A stretch of 64,000 nucleotides of DNA from Bacteroidales bacterium. Lineage in GTDB: Bacteria > Bacteroidota > Bacteroidia > Bacteroidales > UBA3824. Location of the stretch: NCBI GenBank assembly GCA_016286055.1, contig JAEERW010000002.1:136458-200457 (forward strand). Reading direction: 5' to 3'. The notes beneath the pieces are model-generated. The model had not been told where the DNA came from and did not search any database. It was given only the letters and a program-made list of their open reading frames with translations. A program made the position numbers and the translations under genes. This document shows positions 56,301 through 64,000 of this stretch, in pieces (the stretch's first letter is position 1; each line of letters starts with the position of its first letter).

Positions 56301-56575
56301 GTTTTATGCTTTCACTCACATTGGCGCTCGGTCTCAGCGATATGATGCAGGCGGGCAAAGGTAGCGAAACCCTATTTGTGGACGAAGGTTTTGGCACATT
56401 AGATTCTACCAACCTTCAAAAAGTAATATCAATGCTCGAAAAACTCCACCTCCAAGGCCGCAAAGTAGGCATTATCAGCCACGTAACCGAACTCAAAGAG
56501 CGCATCTCCACAAAAATCAGCGTTGAAAAATGCGCCGGCGACAATACGAGGAGTGTGGTAAGGGTGGTGGGATAG
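53300..56575 (+). CDS. sbcC: Exonuclease SbcCD, ATPase subunit C (Rad50-like)
   Basis: Walker A ICGETGAGKTTI, a ~800-aa coiled coil with a CPLCGS zinc hook, the signature SGGESFMLSLTLALGLS, and Walker B LFVDEGFGTLD. Confidence 0.85.
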   Translation: MKILKINIKNLASITDAQIDFTVEPLKSSHLFIICGETGAGKTTITDAVCLSLYGQTPRFADTSSDKLEILGTDGKDGITVSDKRNFMRKGTADAFAETIFEGDDGKVYMAKWEVHKANNKTDGKLQGSKNTLYSIINGEFIPVTEKVKEFTEKITELTGYDYQRFVRCVLLAQNQFSKFLAAKTDEKADILQMLTDTSVYETISMRIFERQRAEREKLENLKLKLGELTLLTDEQINERNQTIAECIRRETEFQKQIDKIQQHINWFTQQTNLQEKVKESENQHLAALENHRNAEPLRIEAEAIKIAVEKFKTPFENLDRCTEAYKSDCNDFCEEFDDTTLKNKPYNQFADYLADVKNTLTTLQNQIILLKNNENKYQNIQSITAKLDSIIKINRDIESTQAQIKGLQDNITAQTSVLSATKAQCDKKNEEIAILTKNYNTENTKLQGYNLTELQAHQKNANEQIRILDGAVEVFKNIDNIKNDIAALKQRYDEKNKRSILLTTAIAQNTEKLKLAQQAAETAKESLNNLLKISSADLKKARMSLREGEECPLCGSKNHPYCTGGEQIIDNMLLSVKELAAQKESELNAIANTLSADQKLLDEIKPEIERLVNKDIPEKRQVLERESARIEKIRIFFKFEKESDVRAEVDRKSIALAAEKEEIEKSIALYTRQREIVDNLNKQIEIQKESLQKLTNQANDVDKKIATFKASSVEMQKIVEKISTEKSLIISELSQYFTNNENINTNAAAIRSALIEETRHYTELKDNISLLEKQTAQLNNIRKRVDEIYQCNSLINNLIEQENIRDPRFNFTTSKIQLYLQLTQVQRDAKEQHLRQLDNKLIETESNLKTSRENLEKHNTAHDRPSQELNIESLQNLKVETSNQQKQNIALKISAEKDIEENSRKKSDYQKLESEINVQQKVFNDWDYLNYHFGSKDGKLLKRAAQTFTLKILLEHANQRLAKLMPRYRFLSPQGTLDILVNDCDENAVRPVSSVSGGESFMLSLTLALGLSDMMQAGKGSETLFVDEGFGTLDSTNLQKVISMLEKLHLQGRKVGIISHVTELKERISTKISVEKCAGDNTRSVVRVVG

Positions 56576-56633
56576 ATTTATACGCCACACACTTTATTTT
56601 TATTATCGGCGTTAATGTAAAAAACGACTATTT

Positions 56634-57500
56634 ATGAAATTAAGATTATTAGTAATTTTGGTTTTGGTGGCAGTGTCGGGTGTGAAGGCACAAGCCCCGT
56701 TTCAATCGCGACCCACAGCGTATACCGTTGACAACAAGACATTTGAGTTTGCTCTCTTTGCGCCTACTCGTTATGGTTTTTGCAAAAATACCGAAGTGTT
56801 TTCGAGCGTGTTGGCAGATTGGAAACTACCTAACATCGGTATCAAACGCCTTTGGTTTACCAAAGAGGCAAAACGCGACGACGGATTTTTCCGCAGCCGC
56901 AGAATATATTTCGGCACACTCCACAATTTCGACTATCCAAAAATGTTTTTTGAAACTGTTCAGGACAAAAAGCCGAAACTCATTGCCGATACTTGCGTTG
57001 TACCTAACGTGCTGACAATGAAAAACGAAGCCCGTGCCACTATCCTTCTCAAAAACAAAACCTCGTGCGATGCCGGAAACTTTTTGCTCACCGTGCGTGC
57101 CGGTGTTAAAAACTCGTTTAAACTGAGCAAAGATGCCACTATGCCACCCATCAATAAGGCTCTATGGTACAGAGAATCTGTGGTTTGCCTCGATACAATA
57201 GTTTGGTTTGTGGGTGCCGATTTGGACATTCATTTCAACGACCGAATAAATATTCTTGTAGATGCCGACTTTTACTCTGTGGATTGGGACGTAAAAGCTT
57301 GGAGCGGCGAAAACAAAGTGTTTGTGTACGGATATTGCGGACAAAACCGCAGAATATTGGCACAGGCAGGTTTCAAAGTGGCTTACGGACCTGTTTTTGA
57401 CGAATTTAAAACCTTGATTTTGCCTATGATAGATATATCGTATTTCTTCGCTCCCAAAAAAGCACGCGAAAAAGGATTGTTTGATAAGAAGATGTTTTAA
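56634..57500 (+). CDS. Secreted protein of unknown function
   Basis: 288 aa with signal peptide (..AVSGVKAQ). I recognised no motif. Confidence 0.4.
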   Translation: MKLRLLVILVLVAVSGVKAQAPFQSRPTAYTVDNKTFEFALFAPTRYGFCKNTEVFSSVLADWKLPNIGIKRLWFTKEAKRDDGFFRSRRIYFGTLHNFDYPKMFFETVQDKKPKLIADTCVVPNVLTMKNEARATILLKNKTSCDAGNFLLTVRAGVKNSFKLSKDATMPPINKALWYRESVVCLDTIVWFVGADLDIHFNDRINILVDADFYSVDWDVKAWSGENKVFVYGYCGQNRRILAQAGFKVAYGPVFDEFKTLILPMIDISYFFAPKKAREKGLFDKKMF

Positions 57501-57594
57501 TGCAGAATTTATATTTGGAATTTAACCTTTTTTAATTTTTGGCGTTTAATTTGCAAAGAAACAAACATCGACAACAAATTATATAAATCAAATT

Positions 57595-58998
57595 ATGATG
57601 AAAAAAAGTTTTTTAGCGGCAAGTATCATTGCCTTAGCCGGAAACGCTTTTGCCGGCGGTTATCTTACAAACACCAACCAAAGTATCTATTTTCTCCGAA
57701 ATCCTGCCCGTGATGCCTCCATCGGTATCGACGGCGTTTACTACAATCCTGCCGGTGCAGCCTTCTACAACGACGGTTTCCATATTCAGTTCAACTGGCA
57801 GAATGCTCATCAAAAACGTGATGCGTATGCAAGTTATCCCATCCCTGTTTTGCCTAGTCCTCTTTTCAAATACAACTTTGGCAATCCCTCTCCAAACGAG
57901 GATGGCGGACGTGAATTTACAGGTCGTGTAGATGTTCCTATCCAACCATCTTTGTTTGCCCTTTATAACACCGGCGATTGGAGTTTTCAATTTGGCTTCG
58001 GCGTAATCGGTGGCGGAGGAAACTGCGAATTTGAGCACGGCGTAGGTATGTTTGAGGCTCTTGTAGGCAGCAAGGCTCTCGCCGCATTGGGCAAAGAAGG
58101 TTTTGGCGGATACTCTATGGAGGGTTACGTAAATGGCAAATCGTATTATTTTGGAGGTACATTTACTGTTGCCCGCAAATTATCTGAAAAACTGAGTGTT
58201 TCGCTTGGTCTCCGTGGCATTTATGCTACCAACAACTATACAGGACACATCAAAAATATAAAGTTTGGTATGCGTACAGGACTCGCAGATAATCCCCTTG
58301 TAGTAATAGACCAAACACAGAATCCTGCTCTCGCCGACCTCGAACTCGACTGCGACCAGAAAGGTTTTGGCATCGCTCCTATTATCGGTCTCGACTGGAA
58401 GGCTGCCGACTGGGTAAACATTGCAGCAAAAGTTGAATTCAAAACCAAACTCCGTGTAGAATCTGAGGCTCACAACAATGCCGCATTTGACGCATTGGCT
58501 GGTTCTAATCCCGCATTTGCAGCATACACCGACGGTGCAAAAACTCCTTGCGACATGCCTACCATCGCTGCTATCGGCGCTCAGTTTATGCCTACCGAGG
58601 CTTTGCGTTTAAATGTTGGCTATCACCACTACTTCGACATGGACACCAAACAGTGGACAAAAGATATGGTTGGCAACACCAACGAGATTGTTTTTGGTGC
58701 TGAATACGACATCAGCGAGATGTTTGAAATCTCTGCCGGATTGCAGCGTACTATCTACGACCAAACCGACGATAACATTTCGGATATGAGTTTCAATATG
58801 ACAAGTTTCTGCTATGGTTTCGGTATCGGTGTAAGAGTTTCTCCTGCTATCAAACTCAACGCAGCATATTTCCAAACATTCTACGATGATTACAATAAAA
58901 CAGAATATTTGGATCCTGCAAATACAATGGTAAAATCAACAACAAAATACAGCCGTACCAACCGCGTAATTGGCTTGGGTATCGACATCAGTTTCTAA
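57595..58998 (+). CDS. Outer-membrane beta-barrel protein, possibly FadL/OMPP1/TodX-like transporter
   Basis: Signal peptide, alternating beta-strand pattern and a C-terminal ..GLGIDISF. The N-terminal GGYLTNTNQSIYFLRNPARDAS..YYNPAG resembles the hatch region of FadL-like proteins. The family call is tentative. Confidence 0.5.
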   Translation: MMKKSFLAASIIALAGNAFAGGYLTNTNQSIYFLRNPARDASIGIDGVYYNPAGAAFYNDGFHIQFNWQNAHQKRDAYASYPIPVLPSPLFKYNFGNPSPNEDGGREFTGRVDVPIQPSLFALYNTGDWSFQFGFGVIGGGGNCEFEHGVGMFEALVGSKALAALGKEGFGGYSMEGYVNGKSYYFGGTFTVARKLSEKLSVSLGLRGIYATNNYTGHIKNIKFGMRTGLADNPLVVIDQTQNPALADLELDCDQKGFGIAPIIGLDWKAADWVNIAAKVEFKTKLRVESEAHNNAAFDALAGSNPAFAAYTDGAKTPCDMPTIAAIGAQFMPTEALRLNVGYHHYFDMDTKQWTKDMVGNTNEIVFGAEYDISEMFEISAGLQRTIYDQTDDNISDMSFNMTSFCYGFGIGVRVSPAIKLNAAYFQTFYDDYNKTEYLDPANTMVKSTTKYSRTNRVIGLGIDISF

Positions 58999-59027
58999 GT
59001 AGATTATGATGTTTTAATATAAAAGAA

Positions 59028-59062
59028 AACCCTAAGGTAAATGCCTTAGGGTTCTTTTTTTT
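59028..59062. terminator. Hairpin terminator between the convergent OMP gene and accD
   Basis: 10-bp stem aaccctaagg / ccttagggtt followed by cttttttttt, with an A-rich 5' side for the opposite strand. Confidence 0.65.
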
Positions 59063-59073
59063 ATTGATAGTAA

Positions 59074-59913
59074 TTACATCATCATTTTAATAAGCCTTGC
59101 AAGAGTGCTGCGGAGTTCTTTGCGCTGCACGATATAATCTAAGAAACCGTGCTCCAAAAGAAATTCGCTACTCTGGAATCCTTCGGGAAGGTCTTTGCCA
59201 GTAAACTCGCGTATAACTCGCGGACCAGCGAAACCAATCAACGCGCCGGGCTCAGCCATATTGATGTCGCCAAGCATTGCAAACGATGCCGAAACGCCGC
59301 CGGTAGTGGGGTTGAGCATTACCGAAATGTAAGGAAGTTTTGCGTCGCTCAATTGAGTAAGTTTTGCCGATGTCTTAGCCATCTGCATAAGCGAAAACGC
59401 GCCTTCCATCATACGTGCGCCACCGCTACGGCTCATTATCACAAGCGGAAAACCGTTTTTGATACAGTAGTCAACACTGCGGGCAATTTTTTCGCCAACA
59501 ACCGAACCCATTGAACCGCCAATAAACTCAAAATTCATACAGTCGATAACCACACCACGACCATCAATTTTGCCTGTGGCGGCGGTGATAGCGTCGTGCA
59601 AGTTGGTAGACTTGATAGCCTGCTCAATGCGGTCGGTGTATTTTTTGCGGTCGGTAAAGTGGAGCGGGTCGCCGCTCTTGATATTGCCGAAGAGTTCGGT
59701 GTATTTAGAGTCGTCGAAAAGCAAGTTGAAATACTCTTCGGTGGTTATTCTTTCGTGATAACCGCACTCGCACACGCCGAGATTCTCTTTTTGTTCTTCG
59801 GTGGTGACAATTTTTTTGCACTGAGGGCACTTATACCAGAGTCCCTCTTTGATTTCTTTTTTGTCTTTGGTCTCAGTGTTGATACCTTGTTGTAAACGAT
59901 TAAACCATCCCAT
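59074..59913 (-). CDS. accD: Acetyl-CoA carboxylase carboxyltransferase beta subunit
   Basis: N-terminal Zn-ribbon (CPQCKK..CECGYH) and the carboxyltransferase motif (..[21 protein letters not shown]..). Confidence 0.9.
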   Translation of the reverse strand: MGWFNRLQQGINTETKDKKEIKEGLWYKCPQCKKIVTTEEQKENLGVCECGYHERITTEEYFNLLFDDSKYTELFGNIKSGDPLHFTDRKKYTDRIEQAIKSTNLHDAITAATGKIDGRGVVIDCMNFEFIGGSMGSVVGEKIARSVDYCIKNGFPLVIMSRSGGARMMEGAFSLMQMAKTSAKLTQLSDAKLPYISVMLNPTTGGVSASFAMLGDINMAEPGALIGFAGPRVIREFTGKDLPEGFQSSEFLLEHGFLDYIVQRKELRSTLARLIKMMM

Positions 59914-59980
59914 TTTTCGATAAGTTTAAGACACCCTACTGCCGAATTCCGTTCCGCATTTCAAGTGTCGGAGTTTGCCG

Positions 59981-59988
59981 CAAAGTTA
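59981..59988 (-). promoter_or_regulatory. -7 promoter box TAACTTTG upstream of accD
   Basis: The reverse complement of caaagtta matches TAnnTTTG. It lies 68 nt upstream of ATG 59913. Confidence 0.45.
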
Positions 59989-60097
59989 GGGTTTTATTTT
60001 TGAATAAAAAAATTTATTTCACGTCAATCGTTTCGCCGCTATTAATGCTTGGTTTTTTCATAGTGAGAAATATTTATGGTTTCAAGGGCAAAGATAA

Positions 60098-62965
60098 TCA
60101 TTTTGTTTTCTTGGTAAAATATCCGGGGTTTGATTCGCCGCCGTCGATATGGGCGTAGTCAGAGTCGGTATGGTCTTCGTCGAATTTTGTTCCTTTTCCG
60201 CCGACAAGGTTGGGGCAATTTCTAAACATATCTTCGGAATCTTCTATGTTGCTTGTATTCCAACTGTCACCCACATAGATTGTTTTAAGGTTTTTACAAT
60301 TCCTGAACATGCCCCTAATATCAGTAACCGTACCTGTATTGAAACCGCTGACATCAATGGCAGTAAGGGTTTCACAATCCAAAAACATTTCATACATATC
60401 AGTAACATTTCCTGTCTTGAACCCGCTTACATCAAGGCTTGTCAGGTTTTTACAACCACAAAACATAAAACTCACATCAGTAACACTATCTGTATTGAAA
60501 CCGCTGACATCAAGGCTTGTAAGGCTTTCACAACCCTCAAACATACCACGCATATTAGTAACATTTCCTGTATTGAAACCTCTGACATCAAGGCTTGTCA
60601 GGTTTTTACAACCCCTAAACATACCACTCATATAATTAACATTTTCTGTATTGAAACCGCTGACATCAAGGCTTGTAAGGCTTTTACAACCCGAAAACAT
60701 ACCATTAATTTTATAAACATTATCTGTATTGAATCCGCTGACATCAAGGTTTGTAAGGCTTTCACAACCCTGAAACATAAAACTCATATCAATAACATTA
60801 TCTGTTTTGAACCCACTGACATCAAGGCTTGTCAGATTTTTACAACCCACAAACATATCATGCATATCAGTAACATTCTCATTATTAAATCCGCTGACAT
60901 CAAGGCTTGTAAGGTTTATACAATCATAAAACATCCAAGTCATACTAGTAACCTTATCAGTATTGAAACCGCTGGCATCAAGGCTTGTCAGGTTGGCACA
61001 GCCCCAAAACATTCCATTCATATTAGTAACATTTCCTGTATTGAAACCGCTGACATCAAGGCTTGTAAGGCTTTCACAACCCTGAAACATTTCCATCATA
61101 TTAGTAACATTCTCAGTTTTGAATCCGCTGACATCAAGGCTTGTCAAATTCCTACAATCCTCAAACATACTACGCATATCAGTAACCTTCTCAGTATTGA
61201 AACCGCTGACATCAAGGCTTGTAAGGCTGTAACAATAAGCAAACATACCATTCATATCAGTAACATTTTCAGTATTGAACCCGCTGACATCAAGGCTTGT
61301 AAGGCTGTTACAATAATAAAACATACCATTCATATCAGTAACATTTTCAGTATTGAACCCGCTGACATCAAGGCTTGTAAGGTTTTCACAACCCTCAAAC
61401 ATCCCATGCATATCAGTAACATTTTTGGTATTGAATCCGCTGACATCAAGGCTCGTAAGGTTTTCACAATCCTCAAACATCCCCCACATATTAGTAACCT
61501 CCGACGTGTTCAAGTTTTCTTTTATGCCTATGATGGAAGTAAGGTTTTCACAATCTTCAAACCAACGCCTACAACTTTTAGGTCTGTATTCTTTAAACGA
61601 ATTGTCAAATACAACTGTTCTGATTTTGTTTAATACAGGATCCCATTCTTTACATTCAAAACCGAATCTGGTTTTTACCAAATTTTCCACATGATACGCC
61701 CCTTTCGGCTTTTTATCATTATAATAAAAAGTCAGAGTGCTGTCTTTGAATACGGCGTATGCCTCGGGTTGAGATGTCTTGGTAAAATATCCGGGGTTGG
61801 ATTCGCCGCCGTCGATGTGGGCGTACTTTACATCAGTGTGGTCGTCGTCGTATTTTGTTCCTTTTCCGCCGATAAGGTTGGGGCTATTGTTAAACATATA
61901 TTCGGAATCTGTTACATTGCTGATATTCCAACCGTTACCGACATAGATTGTCGTAAGGTTTCTACAACCATAAAACATACCCTTCATATCAGTAACATTT
62001 TCAGTATTGAAACCGCTGACATCAAGGCTTGTAAGGCTGTAACAATAAGCAAACATAAAACTCATATCAATAACATTATCTGTTTTGAACCCACTGACAT
62101 CAAGGCTTGTCAGATTATAACATTCATAAAACATACACGCCACATCAGTAACACTATCTGTGTTGAAACTGCTCACATCAAGGCTTGTAAGGCTTTCACA
62201 ACCCTGAAACATACCACGCATATTAGTAACCTTATCAGTATTGAAACCGCTGACATCAAGGCTTGTAAGGTTTTTACAACCCAAAAACATATCCCACATA
62301 TCAGTAACATTTTCAGTATTGAAACCGCTGACATCAAGGCTTGTCAGGTTTTTACAATCATAAAACATAGAACTCATATGAGTAACATTTCCTGTATTGA
62401 AACCGCTGACATCAAGGCTTGTTAGTTTTGAACAACCCAAAAACATAGAAGTCATATTAGTAACCTTATCAGTACTGAAACCGCTGACATCAAGGCTTGT
62501 CAGATTATAACATCCCCAAAACATCCCACGCATATTAGTAACCTTATCAGTATTGAATCCGCTGACATCAAGGCTTGTAAGGTTTTCACAATCCGAAAAC
62601 ATCCCCCACATATTAGTAACCTCCGACGTGTTCAAGTTTTCTTTTATGCCTATGATGGAAGTAAGATTTTCACAACCTGCAAACCAACGACTACAACTTT
62701 TAGGTCTGTATTTTTTAAACGAATTGTCAAATACAGCGGTTTTTATTTGGCGGCATACAGGTTCCCATTCTTTAACGTAAGAATCACCACCGTGATCCAA
62801 TTGTATCGTTACCATTTTTTCCACATCATAAGCCCTTTTCGGCTTTTTATCATTATAATAAAAAGTCAGAGTGCTGTTTTTGAATACGGCGTATGCCACT
62901 TTTTGCGAAAAGGCATCGATACATAGGAATAGTAAAAGAATCAACAGGAGGCTTGTTTTTTTCAT
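60098..62965 (-). CDS. BspA-type leucine-rich-repeat surface protein (26-residue repeat / DUF285-like), made of two complete modules fused in frame
   Basis: 955 aa with a signal peptide. There are tens of repeats of the type NLTSLDVSGFNT.NVT.M..MF.GC. . The module end GGKGTKYDDDHTDVKYAHIDGGESNPGYFTK occurs internally and a near-identical end GGKGTKFDEDHTDSDYAHIDGGESNPGYFTK at the C-terminus. Confidence 0.85.
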   Translation of the reverse strand: MKKTSLLLILLLFLCIDAFSQKVAYAVFKNSTLTFYYNDKKPKRAYDVEKMVTIQLDHGGDSYVKEWEPVCRQIKTAVFDNSFKKYRPKSCSRWFAGCENLTSIIGIKENLNTSEVTNMWGMFSDCENLTSLDVSGFNTDKVTNMRGMFWGCYNLTSLDVSGFSTDKVTNMTSMFLGCSKLTSLDVSGFNTGNVTHMSSMFYDCKNLTSLDVSGFNTENVTDMWDMFLGCKNLTSLDVSGFNTDKVTNMRGMFQGCESLTSLDVSSFNTDSVTDVACMFYECYNLTSLDVSGFKTDNVIDMSFMFAYCYSLTSLDVSGFNTENVTDMKGMFYGCRNLTTIYVGNGWNISNVTDSEYMFNNSPNLIGGKGTKYDDDHTDVKYAHIDGGESNPGYFTKTSQPEAYAVFKDSTLTFYYNDKKPKGAYHVENLVKTRFGFECKEWDPVLNKIRTVVFDNSFKEYRPKSCRRWFEDCENLTSIIGIKENLNTSEVTNMWGMFEDCENLTSLDVSGFNTKNVTDMHGMFEGCENLTSLDVSGFNTENVTDMNGMFYYCNSLTSLDVSGFNTENVTDMNGMFAYCYSLTSLDVSGFNTEKVTDMRSMFEDCRNLTSLDVSGFKTENVTNMMEMFQGCESLTSLDVSGFNTGNVTNMNGMFWGCANLTSLDASGFNTDKVTSMTWMFYDCINLTSLDVSGFNNENVTDMHDMFVGCKNLTSLDVSGFKTDNVIDMSFMFQGCESLTNLDVSGFNTDNVYKINGMFSGCKSLTSLDVSGFNTENVNYMSGMFRGCKNLTSLDVRGFNTGNVTNMRGMFEGCESLTSLDVSGFNTDSVTDVSFMFCGCKNLTSLDVSGFKTGNVTDMYEMFLDCETLTAIDVSGFNTGTVTDIRGMFRNCKNLKTIYVGDSWNTSNIEDSEDMFRNCPNLVGGKGTKFDEDHTDSDYAHIDGGESNPGYFTKKTK

Positions 62966-64000
62966 ATCTTAATATATTTATGGTTTATTTTGTTTTCTTG
63001 GTAAAATATCCGGGGTTTGATTCGCCGCCGTCGATGTGGGCGTAGGAGGCGTCGATGTGGTTTTCGTCGTATTTTGTTCCTTGTCCGCCGACAAGGTTAT
63101 GGCAACTGTTAAACATATATACGGATTCTGTTACATTGCTGATATTCCAACCGTTACCAACATAGATTGTTTTAAGTTTTTTACATTCAGCAAACATCCA
63201 CCGCATATCAGTAACATTTTCTGTCTTGAACCCGCTGACATTAAGGCTTGTAAGGTTGTGACAATCGTGAAACATAACAGACATATCAGTGACATTCTCA
63301 GTATTGAAACCGCTGACATCAAGGCTTGTAAGGTTTTCACATCCCCGAAACATCCAACTCATACCAGTAACATTCTCAGTATTAAATCCGCTGACATCAA
63401 GGCTTGTAAGGCTTTCACAACCCTCAAACATTTTCATCATATTAGTAACCTTATCAGTATTGAATCCGCTGACATCAAGGCTTGTCAGGTTTATACAATC
63501 ATAAAACATAGAACTCATATCAGTGACATTTCCTGTATTGAAACCGCTGACATCAAGGCTTGTAAGGTTTTTACAACCATTAAACATCCAACTCATACGA
63601 GTAACCTTATCAGTATTGAAACCGCTGACATCAAGGCTTGTAAGGTTTTCACAACCCTCAAACATTTTCATCATATTAATAACCTTATCAGTATTGAATC
63701 CGCTGACATCAAGGCTTGTCAAATCCCTACAACCATAAAACATACCAGCCATATCAGTAACCTTATCAGTTTTGAAACTGCTGACATCAAGGCTTGTAAG
63801 GCTGTAACAATAAGCAAACATACCAGTCATACCAGTAACCTTTTTAGTATTGAAACCACTGACATCAAGGCTTGTAAGGCTGTTACAATTATAAAACATA
63901 TAACTCATATCATAAACTTTATCAGTACTGAAACCGCTGACATCAAGGCTTGTAAGATTATAACATCCCAAAAACATCCCACGCATATTAGTAACCTTAT
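60280..64000 (-). repeat. 78-nt-period coding tandem repeats (LRR units) spanning both BspA-type genes
   Basis: The string ccgctgacatcaaggcttgt recurs every 78 nt (e.g. atcaaggctt at 60431 and 60509). Confidence 0.9.
62985..64000 (-). CDS. BspA-type leucine-rich-repeat surface protein (5' end beyond window edge)
   Basis: It has the same 26-residue repeat and the same C-terminal GGQGTKYDENHIDASYAHIDGGESNPGYFTKKTK. The frame is open to nt 64000. Confidence 0.85.
   Translation of the reverse strand, partial: KVTNMRGMFLGCYNLTSLDVSGFSTDKVYDMSYMFYNCNSLTSLDVSGFNTKKVTGMTGMFAYCYSLTSLDVSSFKTDKVTDMAGMFYGCRDLTSLDVSGFNTDKVINMMKMFEGCENLTSLDVSGFNTDKVTRMSWMFNGCKNLTSLDVSGFNTGNVTDMSSMFYDCINLTSLDVSGFNTDKVTNMMKMFEGCESLTSLDVSGFNTENVTGMSWMFRGCENLTSLDVSGFNTENVTDMSVMFHDCHNLTSLNVSGFKTENVTDMRWMFAECKKLKTIYVGNGWNISNVTESVYMFNSCHNLVGGQGTKYDENHIDASYAHIDGGESNPGYFTKKTK

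Noticed and set aside
52110-56575. SbcCD-like pair as a possible SMC-type anti-phage defence system.
   Set aside because: Both proteins have the standard housekeeping SbcD (Mre11) and SbcC (Rad50, zinc hook) architecture and sizes. No extra effector gene is present and the surrounding context is ordinary.
60149-62425. Long plus-strand ORFs (494 aa and 244 aa) with their own periodic sequence (..ADIKACK.FTT.KH..HISNI..).
   Set aside because: They are an artefact of the 78-nt coding repeat on the minus strand. The minus-strand products have signal peptides and the recognisable BspA/DUF285 pattern, and the plus-strand ones have neither.
60280-64000. Regular 78-nt periodicity that could superficially suggest a CRISPR-like array.
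   Set aside because: There is no repeat/unique-spacer alternation, since the whole unit is conserved. The region is one continuous reading frame encoding LRR units, and no cas genes are present.

Overview
The window looks like a chromosomal segment from a Bacteroidota (Bacteroidales-like) genome. Support: many T9SS C-terminal sorting domains, a PorP/SprF gene, TAnnTTTG-type -7 promoter boxes upstream of many genes, ribosomal protein S16 with a Lys/Ala/Glu tail, and a histone-H1-like mini-protein. I saw no rRNA, tRNA, CRISPR array, transposase or integrase.

Most of the window is housekeeping: rpsP-rimM, lpxH, aroC, a DEAD-box helicase, aguA/aguB, rpe, mrp, serB, rlmH, uvrA, fba, sbcCD and accD. 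Five accessory or unusual blocks are embedded in it.

1. 1-6565: two tandem GAF/PAS membrane sensors, one fused to a SpoIIE/PP2C phosphatase and one with no output domain. They sit divergent from an orphan CheR methyltransferase.
2. 6703-11296: a tight operon downstream of cheR. It encodes a PKD protein with a type B T9SS CTD, a PorP/SprF-OmpA fusion, a CTD-only mini-protein, and a tail-fibre-like protein with an S74 chaperone domain.
3. 17929-19545: a DUF234-type AAA ATPase gene bracketed by 73-nt direct repeats, each carrying a perfect hairpin.
4. 33870-42260: the best candidate for a novel system. A Sec-signal SpvB/FG-GAP/Rhs protein carries a C-terminal module of two hydrophobic helices plus an HExxH motif. 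It is translationally coupled to a mini-protein made of a single YD-like repeat plus a T9SS CTD. An AT-rich array of paralogous lipoproteins (candidate immunity genes) follows. No T6SS, TcA or TpsB hardware is in the window.
5. 60014-64000: a tandem array of BspA-type 26-residue LRR surface proteins, with an in-frame gene fusion and a relic gene start.

All functional calls come from motif recognition by eye. No database search or computation was run.
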